58,524 nucleotides of DNA from Bacteroidia bacterium. GTDB taxonomy: Bacteria > Bacteroidota > Bacteroidia > M30B66. Below the pieces are notes generated by a model. It was not told the origin of the DNA, ran no database searches, and saw nothing but the letters and a program-made list of their open reading frames with translations. This document shows positions 51,411-58,524 of this stretch, piece by piece (the stretch's first letter is position 1; every line of letters starts with the position of its first letter). The stretch covers positions 1 to 58,524 of the forward strand of contig JBBEBC010000153.1 of the NCBI GenBank assembly GCA_040882555.1, read 5' to 3'. Made by a program: the position numbers and the translations under genes.

Positions 51411-54176
51411 TCAGTTTTCTAATTCGATTTTTTTCTTTTTATGTGTTGCCATAGACATACCTCCCATAGCGGTTGCCGTTTTTTGTCTGTTTAGCAGACT
51501 TTCTTTAAATACTCTTAATCCAAGATCTGCACGATATCCGTGAATTTCAGTAACATCTAGCGCAAGCATAAAACGAATAATCTCTTTGCTTACAACTTGT
51601 CCTGGTACAAGAACAGGGAATCCAGGTGGATATGGGATTACAAAAGACGAAGCCACTAATTCCCTACCTTTTTCAATGGCTTCCAAACATGACTTTATAT
51701 GAATGTATTCACAATTGTCTTCTTTATATGCTAGAAAGAATGCTTCTCTTAAATTGCCTCCTGGAACTCCCGGAACTGCTAGAAAAGACGCATTAAATCG
51801 GCTAAAATCAGGAAGAGGTGGCACATCCTCAGTCATTGACTTAATGCGAAGACGAGCTATTTCACTTTCGCGCTTATTTAAAGAATCAGAGTCTTCATCA
51901 AGCTGCTTAGCAATTTTTAGTAATACCTTGGTTAGATAGGCAACACTTCCCCGGGTTGTGCCAATGTTAGTCATAAAGAGCACTGTATTTCGGGAAGTCT
52001 TGTTTATTTGGATATTGTATTGATCCATTAGGTACTTGTTCTTAAAAGTATCTCCATCAATTCCAGTTCTACCAATAAACAAGGTGATTTTGGTTGGGTC
52101 CAGCATAAATTCATCATTTTCCCAAGCATCCTCCATCCTATTCCAGCCTTTTTCTGGGTTGTAATATTCCTTTAGTCCGCTTTGTCGGAATTTATCAGGG
52201 ATAAAATCTTTTAAAGTAAGCACATCGAAATACTTACTGAGTTTTGGGTTATCGCTCACTTTGGCTCTTAAAACCATAGCTAGTTCAACACTTTTTTCGA
52301 CCATATCATACCCTTCAAACTGAGTTTGTCTTCTGCCTACATCAAGTGAAGCGAGCATTTGATAATTTGGAGATGTGGAAGTATGCGTCATATAAGACTC
52401 AAGAAAAGTACTTTCAGATTTTTTACTAAAATCTTCATCCCAAATGTGAATCATTGAACCTTGCCTAAAACTGCTAAGAGTTTTGTGGGTACTTTGAGTA
52501 GCGTAAACTCTCAAACGCACTAGATCTGGATCAGGAAGAGATGGCTCCTCACCTGCTTTTAGATTTTTTACATGGTGAATATATTCCTCGCGATAGGCTT
52601 TAGTCTGATATTTTCTATGAAGTTTATCAGCACTGAACATGCCTGTTCTTTGCTTATAATTATAGGTGAAACCTGCAAATGCGAACCATGCCTCATCCCA
52701 AAGAAATATCATATCTGGCTTTATGGCAAGCACTCTTTCCATGACTCTTTGAACATTGTAAACCAATCCATCAAAAGTGCAATTGGTTAAAAGAAGCATT
52801 TTAACATTATCTAATCTCCCGGCACTTTTTAGCTGTAATAGTTTCGTCAGAATATGCTCTAAAGGAACTGCTCCATACATAGAATACTTTTCAATTGGGT
52901 AGGAATCAAGGTAAACGGGATAAGCTCCAGAAAGAACCAATCCATAATGATGGGATTTATGACAATCTCTATCAATCATAACTAAATCGCCCGGTTCCAC
53001 TAGCGCTTGGAGCACTATTTTATTTGCAGTGGAAGTTCCATTAGTAACAAAAAATGTGTATTGCGCCCCATAGGCAGCGGCTGCCATTTCCTGAGCTTTT
53101 TTAAGAGGGCCAGTTGGCTGTAATAAGGAGTCCATCCCACCTGTGGTGGCAGAGGTTTCGGCAAGAAACATATTACGACCATAAAAATCGCCGAAGTCCT
53201 TTATCCAACGTGATTTAAAGACAGAGTTTCCTCTTGAAATTGGCATTGCATGAAAAATGCCTGTGGGTTTTTGGCTATATTCTTTTAATGCTGTAAAGAA
53301 TGGCGTTTGGTATCTTTCACGAATCCCCCGGATGATAGCTAAATGCAATTCCTGAAGGTCTTCTTTTCTGTAATAAATTCTTCGAAATAAATTTAGAGTA
53401 CTATCCTTTAAATCAGTGAGAGCTGTATCGGTTACATAATAAACATCAAGTTCAGGTCTGAACCGCTTAATTAATTCACCTAGTTTAGGTCCTAAGTCAG
53501 ATTCAGGAATTGAATCTAAATCGATTTTTAATACATTTTGAATGTAAGGCTTAATTAATTCAGTGATGTGAGTGGATCGATAAGGCGGGGCATAACGAAC
53601 AACAATAGCCTGAATGTTATGATTAAAGAATAAGGCAATTAAAGCATCTTGAAATGAATGCTGCACGGTAATTTTATAACTAAATTCCTCCTGAGGATCA
53701 TGTAATTCTTTAATTTTTGACTGCAGAGAAACTTCATCAACATGAGTCAAATCATCAAGAAACAACACTTCGAAATATTTCTTTTTTGAATTTGAGAATT
53801 GTCCTGACTGCTCATCAATATCTAAATTATCGGCATCTTCATCCACAGAGGATAACGTATCGCCCTGGTATTCATCGCTAACGAGCTGTCGGGTTAGACT
53901 AGCAACTTTATTTGAAAGAGCTTTATGTTCTTTTCTAGCTAAGGATTTACCTAGCTTTTCAATCACCTCTTTACCTGGTACAGCAAAATACCTTTCAACA
54001 TTTAATAGGTTTTTAAGTAATTCCTCCGCTTTTTTAATGCGTTTAGATTCTTCTGCGGAGCCAGCTTGGGCTTGAGAGAGCTCAACACATTCATTTTTTA
54101 ATGAATTCCAATGGTTCAACCTGAGTTGACCAATGCTATAATATGGTGCACTTACATGTTTCTTTTTATCAGACAT
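51411..54176 (-). CDS. Large Orn/Lys/Arg-decarboxylase-family (fold type I PLP) enzyme of unknown substrate
   Basis: FFVTNGTSTANK, DRDCHKSHH, LTNCTFDG, WDEAWF, PLP-lysine motif TQSTHKTL, TSTSPNY, PYPPGFPVL. Confidence 0.88.
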   Translation of the reverse strand: MSDKKKHVSAPYYSIGQLRLNHWNSLKNECVELSQAQAGSAEESKRIKKAEELLKNLLNVERYFAVPGKEVIEKLGKSLARKEHKALSNKVASLTRQLVSDEYQGDTLSSVDEDADNLDIDEQSGQFSNSKKKYFEVLFLDDLTHVDEVSLQSKIKELHDPQEEFSYKITVQHSFQDALIALFFNHNIQAIVVRYAPPYRSTHITELIKPYIQNVLKIDLDSIPESDLGPKLGELIKRFRPELDVYYVTDTALTDLKDSTLNLFRRIYYRKEDLQELHLAIIRGIRERYQTPFFTALKEYSQKPTGIFHAMPISRGNSVFKSRWIKDFGDFYGRNMFLAETSATTGGMDSLLQPTGPLKKAQEMAAAAYGAQYTFFVTNGTSTANKIVLQALVEPGDLVMIDRDCHKSHHYGLVLSGAYPVYLDSYPIEKYSMYGAVPLEHILTKLLQLKSAGRLDNVKMLLLTNCTFDGLVYNVQRVMERVLAIKPDMIFLWDEAWFAFAGFTYNYKQRTGMFSADKLHRKYQTKAYREEYIHHVKNLKAGEEPSLPDPDLVRLRVYATQSTHKTLSSFRQGSMIHIWDEDFSKKSESTFLESYMTHTSTSPNYQMLASLDVGRRQTQFEGYDMVEKSVELAMVLRAKVSDNPKLSKYFDVLTLKDFIPDKFRQSGLKEYYNPEKGWNRMEDAWENDEFMLDPTKITLFIGRTGIDGDTFKNKYLMDQYNIQINKTSRNTVLFMTNIGTTRGSVAYLTKVLLKIAKQLDEDSDSLNKRESEIARLRIKSMTEDVPPLPDFSRFNASFLAVPGVPGGNLREAFFLAYKEDNCEYIHIKSCLEAIEKGRELVASSFVIPYPPGFPVLVPGQVVSKEIIRFMLALDVTEIHGYRADLGLRVFKESLLNRQKTATAMGGMSMATHKKKKIELEN

Positions 54177-54179
54177 TAA

Positions 54180-54581
54180 TTAGTTTTTTGAGTGTAAAGC
54201 AAGACGATTTCCTTCCGAGTCAATGAACAAAGCAAAATAGCCCTCATCCTCATTAATGAGGGTTTTGGACAATACGACTCTCCCGCCTGCATCCTCTATT
54301 CTATTTAACACAGGGCTTAAATCTTTACCACTATTTAAGTAAATAAGCGGACCTACTTCGCTAGGAACACACCCTTCACCGGCAACAACAGCTCCTCCAA
54401 TACCATTTTCTGCAGGAAAAAATGCCATTGCATAGGATGGAGTTTCAGAAGTTTGCATTTCAAATGCATATATATGATTGTAGAAAGCGACTGCACGTTG
54501 AAAATTCAAAGCAGGAATTTCAAACCAATTGATGAAATGTTTCATTTTTTTAGTAGTTTTCTTTACCGAAGTAGATCCCAT
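54180..54581 (-). CDS. VOC/glyoxalase-family protein
   Basis: INWFEIPA..FQRAVAFY, GIGGAVV, GYFALFIDSEGNRLALHS. Confidence 0.88.
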   Translation of the reverse strand: MGSTSVKKTTKKMKHFINWFEIPALNFQRAVAFYNHIYAFEMQTSETPSYAMAFFPAENGIGGAVVAGEGCVPSEVGPLIYLNSGKDLSPVLNRIEDAGGRVVLSKTLINEDEGYFALFIDSEGNRLALHSKN

Positions 54582-54597
54582 ATTTTATTTTTTTTTA

Positions 54598-55539
54598 TTA
54601 ATAAGTTTCATTTAAGCCTTTGTTGGCGAGAGAGTGTTCTCCTAAATGAACTATATCACTTTCTTTCAATTTTAATTCTGAAAGTTTGCTGAGTTTTGTA
54701 GGCTTTATTAAAGGTCCGAGTGAATCGAGATAAGGATGTTTTACACCTTTCTGATAAATAGTAAAATCACCCAAATGATCTCTGAAACTTTTTAGTGGTT
54801 GTCCTAAACGTAGCACTCCTAATTCTCGACTTCGCTTTACACGCTCAATATCAAGTTCAATTGGAAATATTTCCTCTGTACTACCAGATTGATAAAGTAC
54901 TCTTCCATCGGGCCCGCAAACAATAGAGCAGCCGCTACCGCCTGTATCTAAACCATTCACATCGAACAGAAAACACTGATTAACAGTTGACATTGCTCTA
55001 GCAATAGCTAATTCAATATCACGATCTATTGTGCCTGTCATAGTTGGATGCAGAATTACTTCAGCACCCATAACAGCTAAGGTTCTAATAGTTTCAGGGA
55101 ACCACATGTCGTAGCAAATTGATACGCCAAAGCGGCCGACTTCCGGTACATCAAAAACACAGTATTGATCACCTGGCGTAACTCCTACTTCATAGGGATA
55201 AAATGGAAACATTTTGCTGTACCTCTGTATGACTTCTCCGTCAGGATTTATTACTGAAGCAGTATTATAAATCTTATCTGCACGCCTTTCAAAAATAGAA
55301 CCTGGCAGCAACCAGATACCATACTTTTTAGCCATTGCTTGCATCTCCTGTTCGAAAAAACCTGGAATCTCCTGAGCAGTATGCGACAATGGACCATAAG
55401 CGCATAGTTCGCTAAACACTACCATTTCTATCCAAGGATAAAGATTCATTGTAATATCTAACTTCAGCTTCATCATTTCTACATTTGAATAGGTCGCTGA
55501 CACCTTCATTTGAATTCCTGCAATTGAGAATGGTTTCAT
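54598..55539 (-). CDS. Carbon-nitrogen hydrolase (nitrilase/amidase superfamily)
   Basis: E-K-C triad in VVFSEL, YSKMFP and SICYDMWFPE; also YNTASVI and GAEVILHP. Confidence 0.9.
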   Translation of the reverse strand: MKPFSIAGIQMKVSATYSNVEMMKLKLDITMNLYPWIEMVVFSELCAYGPLSHTAQEIPGFFEQEMQAMAKKYGIWLLPGSIFERRADKIYNTASVINPDGEVIQRYSKMFPFYPYEVGVTPGDQYCVFDVPEVGRFGVSICYDMWFPETIRTLAVMGAEVILHPTMTGTIDRDIELAIARAMSTVNQCFLFDVNGLDTGGSGCSIVCGPDGRVLYQSGSTEEIFPIELDIERVKRSRELGVLRLGQPLKSFRDHLGDFTIYQKGVKHPYLDSLGPLIKPTKLSKLSELKLKESDIVHLGEHSLANKGLNETY

Positions 55540-56855
55540 TTATTTTGAGTTGAGTTTTTTAAAATTTCTTCTTCAAGAATGTCTAATCCGGCCTTTAACT
55601 GTTTATCGGTTATCACCAGGGGACATAAAATTCTGATCACATTTTTATTTGTTCCAGCACTAAGTATTATCAAGCCTTTGGCTGCACAGCTTTTTACAAT
55701 TGCCGAACATATTTCGCCATTAGGCTCTATTGGACTATTGTTTTTTACAAATTCAATTGCATTCATTGCCCCTATTCCACGAACATCTCCAATGTCTGCG
55801 CATTTTTCCTTAAGAACATTTAATCTCTTCATGATAATATCACCCACATCTAAAGCTCTTTGATTTAGATTGATGTCTTTCATATATTGAATTGTTGCTA
55901 AAGCAGCAACACAACTTAGCGGACTTCCGATATAGGTTCCTCCAATTGTTCCAGGTTCAGCCGCATCCATAACATCGGCTTTTCCAACAACCGCAGCAAT
56001 AGGTAAACCTGAGCCCATTGATTTTGCATACGTACTAATGTCAGGAGTTACTCCGTAATTTTGCCAACTGGCCCAATTGCCAGTGCGAGCAAATCCACTT
56101 TGAACTTCGTCGAAAATCAAAATAATTCCATGCTCATCACAGAACTCTCTAAGCCCTTCTAAATATTTTTGAGGCACAGGATTAAATCCTCCTTCTCCTT
56201 GTATTGGTTCAATAATAATTGCTGCAATTGTTCCCGGATCGACTAAGCTCTTTCCGCTAGATTTTAAATCTCTTAATTTCCATTTAACAAACTCTTCCAT
56301 GCTTTTTCCATCACTATATCTATAGTAATTTGGAAATCGAAGTCTGTAAACTTCCGGTGCAAACGGTCCGCAATTAATCTTATAATTTATTTTACTTGTC
56401 AGAGTCATTGCCATTAAAGTTCTACCATGGTATGCATCAGTAAAACAAAGAACAGCATGTCTTTTGGTAGCTTGTCGAGCTATTTTAATGGCATTTTCAA
56501 CAGCCTCAGCTCCAGTGCTCACAAGCATCACTTTGGTTTTATCTCCGTGAGGTAAAATCTCGGCAAGCTCTTCACATAATTTGATGTAAGGCTCATAAGT
56601 AACTACGTTAAAACTAGTATGCAGGTATTTACCTGCTTGCTCACGAATAGCATCTACAACAGGTTCTGGACAATGTCCAGCATTTGTAACCCCGATGCCT
56701 CCAGCAAAATCAATTAGCTCATTTCCATCTAAATCTGTAATAATTGCTCCCTTGGCAGAACTAACTGTAGCGGTATTAAAAACGCCAACTCCATTGGCAA
56801 CTATTTTTTTTCTTCTCTCAAGAAGAGTTTGAGATTTGGTGAGTGTTTCTGTCAT
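55536..56855 (-). CDS. gabT: 4-aminobutyrate aminotransferase-like class III aminotransferase
   Basis: IDFAGGIGV.NAGH, STGAEAVENAIKIAR, YHGRT, EPIQGEGG, DEVQSGFARTG, AKSMGSG, GGTYIGSP. Confidence 0.85.
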   Translation of the reverse strand: MTETLTKSQTLLERRKKIVANGVGVFNTATVSSAKGAIITDLDGNELIDFAGGIGVTNAGHCPEPVVDAIREQAGKYLHTSFNVVTYEPYIKLCEELAEILPHGDKTKVMLVSTGAEAVENAIKIARQATKRHAVLCFTDAYHGRTLMAMTLTSKINYKINCGPFAPEVYRLRFPNYYRYSDGKSMEEFVKWKLRDLKSSGKSLVDPGTIAAIIIEPIQGEGGFNPVPQKYLEGLREFCDEHGIILIFDEVQSGFARTGNWASWQNYGVTPDISTYAKSMGSGLPIAAVVGKADVMDAAEPGTIGGTYIGSPLSCVAALATIQYMKDINLNQRALDVGDIIMKRLNVLKEKCADIGDVRGIGAMNAIEFVKNNSPIEPNGEICSAIVKSCAAKGLIILSAGTNKNVIRILCPLVITDKQLKAGLDILEEEILKNSTQNK

Positions 56856-57110
56856 TTATTATTAAATAATTAAGTACAATACAAAGTCATACAATGAGCA
56901 AGAGTGATTTAATAATTCTCTTAATTCAATGATTTGCTAAACGAAATAGCTCTTAGCAGAGGATGAAAATTCAAAGGATAAAATCCCTATTTAATATTAA
57001 AAAAATGCAAAATATTTTTGCTAAATTCTAAGAATATTCACCTTCGATTAACCCACAAAGGGTTATAATTTATATATTTTTCTTTATTGAATAAAAAAGA
57101 AAACATATCC

Positions 57111-57136
57111 TTGATTATTAAAGGTATAATAATCAA
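57111..57136. promoter_or_regulatory. Perfect 10-6-10 inverted repeat upstream of the gabT operon (candidate operator)
   Basis: TTGATTATTA-aaggta-TAATAATCAA. Confidence 0.4.
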
Positions 57137-57498
57137 ACTTCATATCATTTGCTGTGCTGACAATATAGTTATAATTTATCAATAATTGCATTAAATTGGA
57201 TTTTTAATTATTCCAATCTGTAATTACCTTCATTATATCATATAAAAAGATACACTAGAATTGAGATTAATTCTTGCTCAGAATTAGGCGCCCTTTATGT
57301 CTCTAATTATCCTCTTTCGTAATTAGATTTAATGGTCAAAATGTGGGTTGTAGTGAAAAATGTTTTACAAACACCGCGGGACAGAATTTAAGTGGGATTT
57401 TTAATTGATTATTTAGATCAACTCTTTTTTTCATAGCAGAAGAAATGATGATTGTGCTGGATCATATCTCTATTAAGTTGATACGAAGTTGATTTATA

Positions 57499-58524
57499 CT
57501 ATTCTTGAATTATTCCCAAAGCTACGGTACGATTGCTGGTCTCATCAATTAAAATGAAGGCGTTTGATTGTGTTGTTGAGTTTTTAAAAACCTTTTGAGG
57601 AAGAGAACTTTTTATGGAGCAAGTTGATTTTGAGTTCATTGAAATAGCTGTTGCACCGTTAAAATTCTCGATTCTAACCTTACTTCTTTGTAAACCTCGC
57701 TGCATAATATAGGGTTTTCGTGATTGTATCTCAAGCGTATCTAGATTGTAAATCAAGGCCTCGAAATTGTTCGAATCAAATTGATTTTCAAGGTATTGTT
57801 CGCATAAAATACTGCCTCTCGATAAATCAACCTGAGAATCTATTTCAAGACTTGCAGCTTCTCCTTTTTTTACTGAATCAACTGCTTCTCCGAACTTATA
57901 AAGTTGTTTCACCCTAATTTTTCCAGGAAGCTCAGGAACAAAGACCAATTCATTAACTTTTAAAACCCCAGAATAAATTACTAAGTGATATCTTCTTGAA
58001 TCATTCCCTAAATGCACGGCTTGCTGCACTTGAGCATAAAAGCCCTCGTCTTCTTCAACAGTCTCAAGGCGTTCTATCCAATCTAAAACCGAAAGTTTGA
58101 GCTCGGGAAATAAATCTTCGTTAATATTCACCAGATTAATTCCTTCCACAGCGGAAGCAGGAATAAAACTTATTTTGCCTTTAAAATTATTCTGCACCAA
58201 TTCTCGAATTTCAGCTTCCCTCCTATTAATCAAGACTTTATCATATCCAATGGAATCAATCTTATTAATAACAACCAAAATATCAGGTATTTGCAGAGTT
58301 TGAAGAATGTCGAAATGCCTTTCAAATTGAGCTGTTAGCGGTCGGGAAATATCAGTCAAAATCATTGCTGCTGAAGAATTACTCGCAGCCGTAACCATGT
58401 TTCTTGTGTATTGCTCATGTCCTGGAGAATCTGCCCAAATGATTCGCTTTGCCTTGTGAGTCATATATATATGAGCAACATCAATGGTAATTCCCTGCTC
58501 ACGCTCTGCAATTAACCCGTCGGT
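57499..58524 (-). CDS. cysN: Sulfate adenylyltransferase subunit 1, 5'-truncated by the window edge
   Basis: The frame is open to the window end: TDGLIAEREQGITIDVAH, ADSPGHEQYTRNMVTAAS, NKID, FILIDETSNRTVALG. Confidence 0.82.
   Translation of the reverse strand, partial: TDGLIAEREQGITIDVAHIYMTHKAKRIIWADSPGHEQYTRNMVTAASNSSAAMILTDISRPLTAQFERHFDILQTLQIPDILVVINKIDSIGYDKVLINRREAEIRELVQNNFKGKISFIPASAVEGINLVNINEDLFPELKLSVLDWIERLETVEEDEGFYAQVQQAVHLGNDSRRYHLVIYSGVLKVNELVFVPELPGKIRVKQLYKFGEAVDSVKKGEAASLEIDSQVDLSRGSILCEQYLENQFDSNNFEALIYNLDTLEIQSRKPYIMQRGLQRSKVRIENFNGATAISMNSKSTCSIKSSLPQKVFKNSTTQSNAFILIDETSNRTVALGIIQE

Noticed and set aside
46411-57498. The operon as a self-mobile element
   Set aside because: No integrase, transposase, terminal repeats or second dif copy were found. 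Only adjacency to the dif-like site and AT-rich flanks are visible.

Overview
AT-rich chromosomal segment of a Bacteroidota bacterium, judged from type IX secretion C-terminal domains, TAnnTTTG promoter boxes, an archaeal/eukaryotic-type ProRS and clpC/gyrA/TPR synteny. Core genes include proS, gyrB, gyrA, clpC, recN, fabI, cbpA-cbpM, a GH3/serine-hydrolase fusion and a partial cysN. Surface proteins include a ~3540-aa modular T9SS protein carrying an inserted phage-tail-like domain, an FN3-repeat T9SS gene broken by a 1-nt deletion, and a prion-like repeat lipoprotein. The best candidate for an undescribed system is a seven-gene minus-strand operon at 46948-56855: class III aminotransferase, nitrilase-family amidase, VOC protein, 921-aa PLP decarboxylase, orphan ATP-grasp ligase, succinate-semialdehyde dehydrogenase and APC permease. 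It looks like a non-canonical amino-acid/amine-to-succinate pathway with an amide-forming and an amide-breaking step. It lies about 350 bp from a XerCD dif-like site (46575-46602). I found no rRNA, tRNA, CRISPR array or transposase. All calls come from reading motifs by eye; no database searches were run.
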